DNA of 64,000 nucleotides from an uncultured bacterium (GTDB lineage Bacteria; Muiribacteriota; Ozemobacteria; Ozemobacterales; Ozemobacteraceae): NCBI GenBank assembly GCA_964596185.1, contig CAZQUE010000001.1, positions 6,545 to 70,544 of the forward strand, read 5' to 3'. Shown piece by piece: positions 29,454 to 38,705 of this stretch (position 1 is its first letter; each line of letters starts with the position of its first letter). The notes under the pieces were generated by a model. It saw only the letters and a program-made list of their open reading frames with translations, ran no database searches and was not told where the DNA came from. The position numbers and the translations under genes were made by a program.

Positions 29454-29502
29454 AGCAGGGATGCGCAGGCCATCTTCAATGATTCATGGAGGAATCAGTA
29501 TG
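29454..29502 (+). promoter_or_regulatory. Putative CsrA-binding 5' leader of flagellin 5
   Basis: GCCTG-AGCAGGGATGCG-CAGGC hairpin with GGA in the loop, then GATTCATGGAGGAATCAGT-ATG. Confidence 0.5.
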
Positions 29503-31782
29503 TCTCTAAGGATAAATCAGAATGTGTTATCTCTGAAAACCTACGGGACACTGTCGAACACAGCCACTAGACTTGAAAAGTCAATTGGCAAGCTGAGTAC
29601 AGGCATGAGAATCAACAGTGCTGCAGATGATGCAGCCGGCCTGGCAATCAGCGAAAAAATGCGCAGACAGATTCGTGGGTTGTCTAGGGCGAAACTGAAC
29701 GCCCAGGACGGGATTTCCCTGGTTCAGACTGCAGAAGGCGCGTTGAATGAAACGCAAAGCATTCTGCAGCGTATGCGTGAACTGGCTACCCAGTCAGCGA
29801 ACGATACCCTGACCAGCAATGATCGTCTCGAAATTCAGAAAGAAGTAGTTCAGCTCAAAGATGAGCTGAACCGGATAGCTAACAGCACTGAATTCAATAC
29901 CAAAAAGCTTCTTGATGGTAGTCAAACAGCTTTGGTGAGTTCGAATTCAAAATCGGCAAATGCTCTGGTAAACGGTTCAAATATGCCGGGCAGTGGTGAT
30001 TACAATGTTAGCATCGCATTGATCCAAGGCGGAATCGCGCAAATGCAGCGCAGCCAGATTTTCACTAAAAATGATGGCAGTGGCGACCTTGCCGACGGCG
30101 TGACGCAGTTGCAGAGTATTTCGCAATTCTACGATGAAAACGGTGTCTTTGTTCTTGATACGCCGCAGATTCTAACTCTGCGTGGAAATGGCAATGAAGC
30201 GCAAATCAGTCTCGATGGTCAGATGACTCTTGATCAGTTGGCTGCAGGCATTCAAAACGCCATGGTTAGTGACAGTGGTCTTGGAATTGAAGGCAGCAAA
30301 ATTGCCACGGTTAACACTGCTCAAACTGGAATTTCTGGCGAAGGAGGCTATATCAAACTGATCTCTGGATTTGTCGGAGATTCAGGTGAATTCAGCTTTG
30401 CTTCTGATGAAAAAGTTGTTCAAGCGCTTGGATTGTCAATTTCGCGCGAAGCAGAAAACAGCCAGGTTGAGGTCAGTTCCAAAGACCGCTTCAACAATCT
30501 CAGAACTGTTCGTCTCGACGGGAACACAGCCATGGGCTTGCTTGATGGAATCGACCTTGAGTTTAAGTCACAATCAGCACAGGTTGCCGGAACAAAAGGA
30601 ATTGAGCAAGGTCTACACTTTAGTGCCGGACAGCAGTTTACCATATCTGTCAACTCTACCGATCTCGTAATCTCAATTGCAGGTGAAACGACATACGGAT
30701 GGACCATGGAAGGGATTGCCAGGTCAATTAATGATCAGATATTGACTGCAATAGATGGCGCCGATCCTGGTTTGAAGGGATTGTCAGCCTCTGTGGTAGA
30801 AGGTGAGATTCGTATAACCTACGAAAGACCGGCCTCTGTTGCGTCAACAGTACCTAACACTATTAAAATTGTGGCGACTAATTCTGACATTATTGGGTTA
30901 TCCGATGGTGATTACAGTGGCTTCGTTGACGCAAAGAAGGATACGGCCTATGCAAAATGGGGTTTCAGTCGATACGTCATGAGTAGCGTCCACGGAATCA
31001 CGGCAGCTTCGAACGTGGTTATCAGTGTTGGTGATAGTAATGGCCAGGCGACAATATCCATTATGACAACTCTTGGCAGTGCAACTGCCACTGTTTCTGA
31101 CATGGTATTGTTTTCCAGCTTTCAGGCAAATACTAACAATGCACTTGATAATGCTACGGTTTCGATCAGAGTTGATCAGGCTGGAGCAGCAATGGCATTT
31201 ACTTCTTTGAGGGTCGGGACTCTAAATGAAAACACCGGCACCAAAGACAGTATCGTCACCCTGGCGAATTTCTCAGTTGATGGCGCCGGTACTGATCCTT
31301 CGCGAGGTCTAAACGGTTTGTTCGGTCTTGAGGCTGCGACAGCCAAAGGCAGCGGTGATGCCAACTTCAAGCTACATGTCGTTGACCGGCAGGCACAGTT
31401 CCAGATCGGTGCTGATTCGGGTCAGACCATGAGTTTGAATCTGTCCAACATGTCGGCCAAGGCGTTGGGAGTCGATAACATCGACATGACCAATGTTAGA
31501 GGCGCAAACCGGGCAATGGGCATTCTAGACAAGGCTCTTGACCGAGTTTCGGCTGAGCGCGCCAAAATCGGGGCCTACCAGAACCGACTTGAACATACTG
31601 TCAGTAACATTGACAATATGTACAGCAATCTGGTGTCCGCTGAGTCGAGAATCAGAGATACCGATATAGCCATGGAAATGATCGAGTTCACAAAGCTTCA
31701 GATTATTTCGCAGGCTGGCACTGCAATGCTGGCTCAGGCTAATATGGTTCCACAGGGAGTTTTAGATCTGCTTGGCAGTTAA
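29500..31782 (+). CDS. fliC: Flagellin, paralog 5 (760 aa from the MSLRIN start)
   Basis: Conserved flagellin termini ([18 protein letters not shown]... / ...[19 protein letters not shown]). ATG at 29500 after GGAGGA. Confidence 0.9.
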   Translation: MSLRINQNVLSLKTYGTLSNTATRLEKSIGKLSTGMRINSAADDAAGLAISEKMRRQIRGLSRAKLNAQDGISLVQTAEGALNETQSILQRMRELATQSANDTLTSNDRLEIQKEVVQLKDELNRIANSTEFNTKKLLDGSQTALVSSNSKSANALVNGSNMPGSGDYNVSIALIQGGIAQMQRSQIFTKNDGSGDLADGVTQLQSISQFYDENGVFVLDTPQILTLRGNGNEAQISLDGQMTLDQLAAGIQNAMVSDSGLGIEGSKIATVNTAQTGISGEGGYIKLISGFVGDSGEFSFASDEKVVQALGLSISREAENSQVEVSSKDRFNNLRTVRLDGNTAMGLLDGIDLEFKSQSAQVAGTKGIEQGLHFSAGQQFTISVNSTDLVISIAGETTYGWTMEGIARSINDQILTAIDGADPGLKGLSASVVEGEIRITYERPASVASTVPNTIKIVATNSDIIGLSDGDYSGFVDAKKDTAYAKWGFSRYVMSSVHGITAASNVVISVGDSNGQATISIMTTLGSATATVSDMVLFSSFQANTNNALDNATVSIRVDQAGAAMAFTSLRVGTLNENTGTKDSIVTLANFSVDGAGTDPSRGLNGLFGLEAATAKGSGDANFKLHVVDRQAQFQIGADSGQTMSLNLSNMSAKALGVDNIDMTNVRGANRAMGILDKALDRVSAERAKIGAYQNRLEHTVSNIDNMYSNLVSAESRIRDTDIAMEMIEFTKLQIISQAGTAMLAQANMVPQGVLDLLGS

Positions 31783-31796
31783 ATAAGACTTCTTTC

Positions 31797-31836
31797 AAAA
31801 GCCGTTCCGGTTCGCCGGGGCGGTTTTTTTATTTTA
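31797..31836 (+). terminator. Rho-independent terminator after flagellin 5
   Basis: AAAAGCCG..CCGGTTCGCCGG..CGGTTTTTTT: GC-rich palindrome followed by a T7 run. Confidence 0.55.
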
Positions 31837-31972
31837 GCTGCTTTGCTTAAGTTTTTTTAGAAAACTGCCGTTAAATACTGACAGCAGAAAAATATTTCTT
31901 TCTGCAAATTACAGGAGGTGATAATTGAGACCTTTTTGACAATTGAATCGCAAAGGATGTAAGTGAGCCTGT

Positions 31973-32018
31973 CGCGCAGGGAAGCGCGAAAACAAGATTC
32001 AAGGAGGAATCAATTATG
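31973..32018 (+). promoter_or_regulatory. Putative CsrA-binding 5' leader of flagellin 6
   Basis: CGCGC-AGGGAA-GCGCG hairpin with a GGA loop at 31973-31988, then TTCAAGGAGGAATCAATT-ATG. Confidence 0.5.
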
Positions 32019-34280
32019 TCACTTCGGGTTAATCATAATCTTACTGCTATGCAGGCCTACACTAGTATGGTCGGTGTGGCGAACAGACTTGAGAAATCGG
32101 TCGAAAGACTGAGTTCAGGCTTGAGAATCAACCGGGCTGCCGATGATGCAGCTGGACTTACGATAAGCGAGAAGTTAAGACGACAGGTGCGTGGTCTCGC
32201 TAGAGCCACGCTAAACGCCCAGGACGGAATCTCGATGATTCAGTCTGCCGAGGGCGCGTTGAACGAAACTCACAGCATCCTTCATCGCATGCGGGAACTG
32301 GCAATTCAGTCAGCTAACGATACTCTTACGAGTAACGACCGTCTTGAGATTCAAAAAGAGGTTATCCAGCTAAAAAACGAGCTTAATCGAATTGCCTACA
32401 ACACCGAGTTCAATACCAAAAAACTGCTTGATGGCAGTCAAAGTGCCATAATCAGCACTGACACCGGTTATGTAAAGGGACTGGTGGCTGGTGCAGCAAT
32501 GAAAGGTGGCGATTATTCGGTAAGCATGGCCCTGCTGGAAGGCGGGATTGCCCAGCTTCAGCGTTCACAAATCTTCAATGTTTTTGGCAATGAAGACAAG
32601 GTTGCTGATGGTACAACCATGCTTGTCAGCATCGCGCAGTTTTATGATGCTAATGGTGTTTTTATTCTAGATGAGCCTCAAGCAATCACTCTGAATGGAA
32701 ACAACCGTTCGGTTGAAGTAATTCTCGATTCTTATACTACGTTGGATAATCTTGCAGCATCTCTGCAGAATGCAATTGTCGACGATGAATTCGGTCTCGA
32801 CATATTAAATTCAGAAGTAAAAGTTATAAATACCGCTCAAACCAGCATGGTTGGTGATGGCGGTTATCTTGAAGTGCTTTCAGGCTCTATTGGCGAGGCA
32901 GGTTTGATCAGCTTCGCCGGAAACCAGGATGTGATTAATGCTCTTGGTATGTCTGATTATCGTTCTGCGGTCGACAACTTCATTGAAGTCTCTCTAACAG
33001 ATGCTGACGGCAAAACTGTAACCACTCAGACAGACTGTGATCGGGTCAGTGGCTTGCTGCAGGGCATCGACATTCAATTTGCATCGCAACCAGCGCAAAT
33101 TGCCAGTCAGCGTGGATTGGTTCAGGGATTGTATTTCTCGGCAAGTGACAGTTTTACTGTTGAAGCCGGTGGGCAAAGCGTTGGCATTGTTATTGAAAAC
33201 GGCTATAGAACCCTTGAGGGTGTTGCAAGAAGCATGAATATGCAGTTTTCAAATTTGATCGGTCCAACTTCGATTCCAGGAATGCATGCTTCGGTGGTAG
33301 ATGACGAGATTCGTCTCTCTTATGAGCCGCCTGAAGGTGCTGGCGTTTCACAGTCGACGGCCATAAGAATTACCAATGCTGCAATCGGTTCGGTGCTTGG
33401 CTTCAAAGATGGGCTTTATAGCGGTTTCGTTGACGGACAATTGAACAGGGACTATTTGACCTGGGGCTTCACAAAATATAACCCAGATATTGCTTCGGGC
33501 GAGACAACCGCAATAGAGGTTAGCGACGGCAACGCGGCAGTTGTGATAAACATCTGCACTGCTATAGGTACAGCGGTCGGTTCTGCCACCCTGGCAGACA
33601 TGGTAGATTTCGCAACATTTCAGAGCTACGTAAACTCAGAACTGCTGAATGCTTCTGTGGCGATACGCCTTGACCAGGTCGGGCACGGCATGGCTTTCAC
33701 CTCGACCCGAATCGGCAAGGAGAAAGTATCCGACTACGAATATCACGACAGCATTGTGTCAATTCAGGCGATTACTGTGACCGGGGCGCTTGTTACTGCC
33801 ACGGAAACCTTGTTGAGCTACTTCGGACTTGAAGAAGGTACACGCAATGGTCGGGGTAATACCAACTTTCGCGTGCATGTCAAAGATGTCGACCCGCAAT
33901 ATCATATTGGTGCAAACCAATGGGAAGTTATGAAGATTTCAATGTCTGACATGTCGACTGATGCACTCGGAGTGTCAAAACTTGATTTGACAACGGTAGA
34001 GGGCGCGGAAAGGGCCATTGGGCGGCTTGATAAGGCTATAGATAAAGTTTCTGCCGAACGTTCCAAGTTGGGTGCATTTCAAAATCGTTTGGAATATGCG
34101 ATCGCGAATTTGCGAAACATGCATGGCAATGCTACTGCTTCCGAATCTCGTATTCGCGATGCTGATATTGCACAGGAGATGATAGAATTTACACGGAATC
34201 AGGTGATGAATCAGTCGGGTACGGCTATGCTGGCTCAAGCAAATAGCATTGCTTCAGGGATCCTTCAGTTATTGAGGTGA
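32016..34280 (+). CDS. fliC: Flagellin, paralog 6 (754 aa)
   Basis: MSLRVNHNLTAMQAYTSM...[31 protein letters not shown]-terminus and ...AMLAQANSIASGILQLLR C-terminus. Confidence 0.9.
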   Translation: MSLRVNHNLTAMQAYTSMVGVANRLEKSVERLSSGLRINRAADDAAGLTISEKLRRQVRGLARATLNAQDGISMIQSAEGALNETHSILHRMRELAIQSANDTLTSNDRLEIQKEVIQLKNELNRIAYNTEFNTKKLLDGSQSAIISTDTGYVKGLVAGAAMKGGDYSVSMALLEGGIAQLQRSQIFNVFGNEDKVADGTTMLVSIAQFYDANGVFILDEPQAITLNGNNRSVEVILDSYTTLDNLAASLQNAIVDDEFGLDILNSEVKVINTAQTSMVGDGGYLEVLSGSIGEAGLISFAGNQDVINALGMSDYRSAVDNFIEVSLTDADGKTVTTQTDCDRVSGLLQGIDIQFASQPAQIASQRGLVQGLYFSASDSFTVEAGGQSVGIVIENGYRTLEGVARSMNMQFSNLIGPTSIPGMHASVVDDEIRLSYEPPEGAGVSQSTAIRITNAAIGSVLGFKDGLYSGFVDGQLNRDYLTWGFTKYNPDIASGETTAIEVSDGNAAVVINICTAIGTAVGSATLADMVDFATFQSYVNSELLNASVAIRLDQVGHGMAFTSTRIGKEKVSDYEYHDSIVSIQAITVTGALVTATETLLSYFGLEEGTRNGRGNTNFRVHVKDVDPQYHIGANQWEVMKISMSDMSTDALGVSKLDLTTVEGAERAIGRLDKAIDKVSAERSKLGAFQNRLEYAIANLRNMHGNATASESRIRDADIAQEMIEFTRNQVMNQSGTAMLAQANSIASGILQLLR

Positions 34281-34446
34281 GAGGAATTAGCAGAAAAATA
34301 GTTTTAATTAGGCGAAAATGCTGCAAAAACGCTTGTGAGATGTTGTGATTGTCTAGAATCTCCGAAAATCAAATGTTATTAAATGGCGACTGTTGTCGAT
34401 AATATTAATGTAGATAGGCGAAAGTGTAACTTTTTGACTTAAAACA

Positions 34447-34492
34447 GGCAGGGATGCCGATTATTAAAGATTCATGGAGGAATCGAAAGATG
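34447..34492 (+). promoter_or_regulatory. Flagellin-type CsrA leader in front of the small ORF / flaG-fliD operon
   Basis: GGCA-GGGA-TGCC hairpin at 34447-34458, then AGATTCATGGAGGAATCGAAAG-ATG. The SD module is the same as in the flagellin leaders. Confidence 0.45.
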
Positions 34493-34681
34493 TTCGCGCT
34501 TGCTCAAGTAATGGACTCAATTGGATTTCCGGCCATTTTAGCCGCGAAGAGCTTTGCACGTCTGGCAAAGTACGAAGCTTCGCAGGAAAATTCCCAAAAC
34601 AAATTGCTTTTTCATTTGGAAAAGCAGGAATTTTATATTTTAGCAGACTGTGAAAGGAGTGTGAACAGGCATGGAAATTAA
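34490..34681 (+). CDS. Small hypothetical protein (63 aa) translated from a flagellin-like leader; overlaps the flaG start by 11 nt.
   Basis: The ATG at 34490 lies exactly where flagellin ATGs lie relative to the GATTCATGGAGGAATC motif. No recognisable domain. Confidence 0.35.
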   Translation: MFALAQVMDSIGFPAILAAKSFARLAKYEASQENSQNKLLFHLEKQEFYILADCERSVNRHGN

Positions 34682-35051
34682 TGGAATTGGCAGATCTGGG
34701 GTAGAAATTTTGACGCCCTCTAGTTCTACTGAAAAAGTCACCGAAACTCCTGCTCTAGAGAAAGTTGAAGGATTTCAACCTTCTGAGAAGAGTATGGTGG
34801 ACTCTCAGAAAGAAAATCAGGAGAAAAATGAGGAAAAACTCAAAGAAGCGGTCGATAAAATAAATAAGACCGCGGTAATTTTTGATCGTTCTCTGCGTTT
34901 TCAAGTTCATGAAGCAACACATAGGACTATGGTTTCAGTGGTGGACATAGTTCAAGATAAGGTTATCAGGCAGATTCCTGAAGAGGAAGTGCTGGATCTG
35001 GTTGCAAAAATGCAGGATTACATCGGTTTGATTTTTGACAAAAAGGCCTGA
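34671..35051 (+). CDS. flaG: Flagellar protein FlaG
   Basis: C-terminal region ...LRFQVHEATHRTMVSVVDIVQDKVIRQIPEEEVLDLVAKMQDYIGLIFD matches the FlaG family signature. Directly upstream of fliD. Confidence 0.75.
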   Translation: MEINGIGRSGVEILTPSSSTEKVTETPALEKVEGFQPSEKSMVDSQKENQEKNEEKLKEAVDKINKTAVIFDRSLRFQVHEATHRTMVSVVDIVQDKVIRQIPEEEVLDLVAKMQDYIGLIFDKKA

Positions 35052-35094
35052 AAAAGAAATACGGGCTGGTTGATCGAACCGCAGGAGGCAAAAA

Positions 35095-38073
35095 ATGGTT
35101 AGTAGTATAGACAGAAACTGGGTTGGCGGACTCTCATCAGGGCTTGATACTCAGAGTCTCATTGATAAAATGATTCAGGCTGAGAGTTTTCAGAAGTTCA
35201 GTCTGCAGCGGAAACGCAATACGATTTCTCTGCAACAAAGAATGCTGCAGGACATAAATCTGAAATTGTTCAATCTGCAGAGCAAAGCTACAGACCTAAC
35301 CTTCAGCAAAACCTTCAATTCCAAGAAGATCGACGCCAGTAATGCCCGTGTGGTCGATGCTATTGCCTCTACTGATGCCAGCATTGGCAGTCATACCGTT
35401 CATGTTAAACAATTGGCTACGGCTACCACGGTTGCTTCAAAAGGCAAACTCGCTGGTGCGCTTGAATTAGGTTATAATCTCAAATCTTCTAAGTCTATGG
35501 GTGGCTCTTCAACTACCTTGAATGCGCTTGGAGTTACCGGTGGAGATTTCAAGGTGGATATTCTCGCCGGCGGTTCAGGAACTTACAATCTTGCGCCGGG
35601 GGCGACCGGTTCCACTACGATCGCAGAACTGGTTAGCGGAATAAATACCAGCATTAACAACAAACCTGAACTCAAAGGTAAGCTTAATGCAACTTACGAT
35701 GAAAAGAACAATCGTATCAAATTCAACCTTCTTGACAGCAGCCTGAAGGTCGCGATTAGTGATGCCGGAGCATCAGACATTATTACATCTATGTTTGAAG
35801 CTGATGGACAAATAGATCTCGACAAGAACATTCCGACTAAAGATTCTAGTCTGATGCCTATTCGTTCGGGGCTTGAAACAACTGTAGCAGACCTTGGATT
35901 TGTTCAGGATACCTTCACTATTACCAGGAGCGGTTCAGGAGCAGAAAGCTTCGATACTTCGCTTCTGGCACCGGGTGACACCGTTGAAGATCTGATAAAC
36001 GAGTTAAATCACCAGATCGACGGAAAGGCAAGTTTGGTTAAAGGTGGCATCCCAACAGGAAATCCGGCTGACCGACTGGTTGAGTTTCGTTTTGATTCAG
36101 GAAGCGGCAAATTGCAGTTGGTTAACAAGAACTCAGGTGATAACCATTTCTTTGAACTTGCTGATACCGGTGCTGGTACATTTACAGATGTAATTTTTGG
36201 TGCGCCAAATAAAATTTCAAGTTTTGACAAGGGTGAAAAACTCAATCAGGAAACCTTTGCCAAAGGTATTACCGCCGGAGTTTTTACCGTTGATGGCGTG
36301 CAGATTGCAGTTGATGGCGCAACCGATGATTTGCAGGGCGTCTTGTCGAGAATCACTGCCTTAACCGACATCAATGCAGAATATGATTCGAGCAAGGATG
36401 TAATAAGATTCACCAGGAAAGATGGAAGTAGTGCGCCAATTGGTTTGGGTTCTGCGACAGATACCAGCAACTTCTTGTCGGTGACCGGATTGATAGCTGG
36501 AAGTCAGGCTTCTGCAGCCAGGTTGGAGAGTGCTGCTGGACTGGGTAAAACGTTGGCTCAGGCTCAGAATAGCGATATTACGACTGAATTTGGAGCGGGT
36601 GCGGGTACACTCAGGGTTTTGGTGAATGGCGCTGCAACTGACATAAATTATGCTGGTAGTGAATCTCTAACCGACATTCTAGATCAGATTTCGAAAATTG
36701 AGGGCGTGGAAAATGCTTTTTACGATGCTTCATCTGGCAAAGTGGTTATAAATAGCTCAGAGAAAGGTTCTTCTGAAACCCTTGAGATCCAGGATTTGGC
36801 GGGAACACTTGGATCTAGCCTGGGCTTGACTTCTGGACCAGTCAATGGTCTGGACACCGGTTCATCTATTGAAAGTGCTCGACCGATTTCGGACGTTAAG
36901 ACCGCTGCAACTCTTGATAAGGCTGGTTTTGCAACCACGATCAAAGGTGGAACTTTCACCATTAATGGAGTTAAGTTTTTAATCAATAGTCCCAGCTCCA
37001 TGACCCTTGATTCTTTGATCAATTCGATCAATACCAATGACAAGGTTGGTGTTAAGGCGCATTATGATCCTACCAATGGTCAATTTGTCTTGTCTTCGAC
37101 TCAGACGGGTAATACTGCTATAGCTCTCGGTGCGGCGACGGATACAAGTAATTTCCTGTCAGCTATGGGTCTTGTTGGGGCAACACAAAATGTCGGGCAA
37201 AATGCCATTTACAGTATTGACGGAGTATATGGTGGTTCAGACCAGGTTAGTCAAAGCAATACCGTCAGCGATGCCATAGAAGGGGTTACCTTTTCATTTT
37301 ACGATGTTACCGGAGCTGCAGGAGAGGTAATAAATGTTGAAGCGGATACTGAAGTAGCGCGCAAATCAATCGATGAATTCATAGAGCTTTATAATGAAGT
37401 TACTTCTACAATTTATTCTAAGCTTACTGAAGAGAGGAACTGGGATCTCAGTGCTTTGACTGACGACGAAATGTCGGCGCTGGGTGAGGCTGATTTGAGT
37501 GCCTATGAAGAAGCATTCTCGGTAGGCCTGCTTTCAGGAGATACTACCCTGAGAAGCGTTCGCTCTCAAATGCGTTTGGTTATGTCTTCTGTGGTGCCGG
37601 GTCTGGATGCGGCTCTAGATAGTCTTTCTGAAATTGGAATTTCTACCGGGGTGATTGGTTCAAGCTATCAGGACACAATGGTAGGAACCTTGCAGATAAC
37701 TGATGAACAAAAACTTACCGATGCTCTGACGGATAATCCTCAGAAAGTTGCCGATCTTTTTGGTAAAGATAATGAAGATACTAATAAGATGGGCATTGCA
37801 AGAAGGCTTAAAGAAGCTTTAAATCAATTTACCAAATCTGATGGTATACTGACCAAAAGGGTTGGGCGTTCTGGCGTTGCAAATTCGAACAGTCAGCTTG
37901 ATCAGCAGATCAGCACGATCAATAGTCAGATAGCCAGCCAGGAAGATCGGTTGAAGTCTCGAGAAGAGGCTTTGTTGAAACAGTTTGCAGCTCTTGAGTC
38001 GGCTATGTCTGATTATCAATCCCAGTCTCAGGCTTTTGCCAGTCAGTTGGCTCAATTGAGCGGTGGTAACTAA
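35095..38073 (+). CDS. fliD: Flagellar filament cap protein FliD (hook-associated protein 2), giant 992-aa form
   Basis: N-terminus ...GLSSGLDTQSLIDKMIQAESFQKFSLQRKRNTISLQQRMLQDINLKLFNLQSKATDL and a C-terminal coiled coil (...LKSREEALLKQFAALESAMSDYQSQS) are the FliD hallmarks. Confidence 0.85.
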   Translation: MVSSIDRNWVGGLSSGLDTQSLIDKMIQAESFQKFSLQRKRNTISLQQRMLQDINLKLFNLQSKATDLTFSKTFNSKKIDASNARVVDAIASTDASIGSHTVHVKQLATATTVASKGKLAGALELGYNLKSSKSMGGSSTTLNALGVTGGDFKVDILAGGSGTYNLAPGATGSTTIAELVSGINTSINNKPELKGKLNATYDEKNNRIKFNLLDSSLKVAISDAGASDIITSMFEADGQIDLDKNIPTKDSSLMPIRSGLETTVADLGFVQDTFTITRSGSGAESFDTSLLAPGDTVEDLINELNHQIDGKASLVKGGIPTGNPADRLVEFRFDSGSGKLQLVNKNSGDNHFFELADTGAGTFTDVIFGAPNKISSFDKGEKLNQETFAKGITAGVFTVDGVQIAVDGATDDLQGVLSRITALTDINAEYDSSKDVIRFTRKDGSSAPIGLGSATDTSNFLSVTGLIAGSQASAARLESAAGLGKTLAQAQNSDITTEFGAGAGTLRVLVNGAATDINYAGSESLTDILDQISKIEGVENAFYDASSGKVVINSSEKGSSETLEIQDLAGTLGSSLGLTSGPVNGLDTGSSIESARPISDVKTAATLDKAGFATTIKGGTFTINGVKFLINSPSSMTLDSLINSINTNDKVGVKAHYDPTNGQFVLSSTQTGNTAIALGAATDTSNFLSAMGLVGATQNVGQNAIYSIDGVYGGSDQVSQSNTVSDAIEGVTFSFYDVTGAAGEVINVEADTEVARKSIDEFIELYNEVTSTIYSKLTEERNWDLSALTDDEMSALGEADLSAYEEAFSVGLLSGDTTLRSVRSQMRLVMSSVVPGLDAALDSLSEIGISTGVIGSSYQDTMVGTLQITDEQKLTDALTDNPQKVADLFGKDNEDTNKMGIARRLKEALNQFTKSDGILTKRVGRSGVANSNSQLDQQISTINSQIASQEDRLKSREEALLKQFAALESAMSDYQSQSQAFASQLAQLSGGN

Positions 38074-38078
38074 TTTTT

Positions 38079-38705
38079 TTGATGCAGGAAGGTGCGAACT
38101 TGGAAATATTGCTTAATGGCAATTCTTTGCCAGTTGAAGGACTTGATAAGGACAGTCGTTTGTCTGAACTCGTCAGTACCGTGGAAGAGTCGCTCAAAGG
38201 CAGTGGTTCAACAATCGTTGACATTCTTGCCGACGGACAAAGCATTTCGCCTGATGACAGCAGCAGGCTTGATGAAGCGAGAATACTCGATTTTGAAAAA
38301 ATAGAACTGGTCAGTGCCACGGCACAGCAGATGGTTGAACTTGCCGTCCAGGATGGCGGCGAGGGTCTTGAGCATCTTGAGGAAATGGCCGTCGAAATTG
38401 CCGGAGAGTTACGGGTCGGACGTATTAAAGATGCAATGGATCAATATCTTGGGCTTATCGATGGTATTGAATGGTTTTCAACCATGCTCAAGAACGCTGA
38501 TAGGGCTTTTGCATCGGTTATGGCCGAATCTTCTCTTGAATCGGATCGACAAAATTTGATCAGTCGACTGGCTGAACAGACCCAGGCTATTCAAAGCGCC
38601 CAGGAGGGCGAAGACTGGGTTGGCCTGGCAGATATCCTCGAATATGAATTTCCTGAGCTTTTTCAGGATGGCAGGAAATTATTTGAAAGGTTGCTGGAAA
38701 ACTGA
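38079..38705 (+). CDS. Hypothetical acidic helical protein downstream of fliD (possible FliT-like or flagellar chaperone analog)
   Basis: 208 aa, very acidic, predicted helical, no enzymatic motif. It occupies the fliD-proximal slot where fliS/fliT-type chaperones usually sit. The true start may be an internal TTG/ATG. Confidence 0.3.
   Translation: MMQEGANLEILLNGNSLPVEGLDKDSRLSELVSTVEESLKGSGSTIVDILADGQSISPDDSSRLDEARILDFEKIELVSATAQQMVELAVQDGGEGLEHLEEMAVEIAGELRVGRIKDAMDQYLGLIDGIEWFSTMLKNADRAFASVMAESSLESDRQNLISRLAEQTQAIQSAQEGEDWVGLADILEYEFPELFQDGRKLFERLLEN

Noticed and set aside
12983-34280. The flagellin duplications as a mobile element or IS-mediated island.
   Set aside because: No transposase, integrase, inverted terminal repeats or tRNA gene is present. 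The duplications look like in situ paralog expansion.
12822-34446. Sigma-28 promoters directly upstream of each flagellin paralog.
   Set aside because: There are only weak partial matches (e.g. CTAAC-N17-TCCGATGG before paralog 1, GTCGATAG/GTCGATAA near 20660 and 34405), with the wrong spacing or no -35. Too uncertain to call without TSS data.
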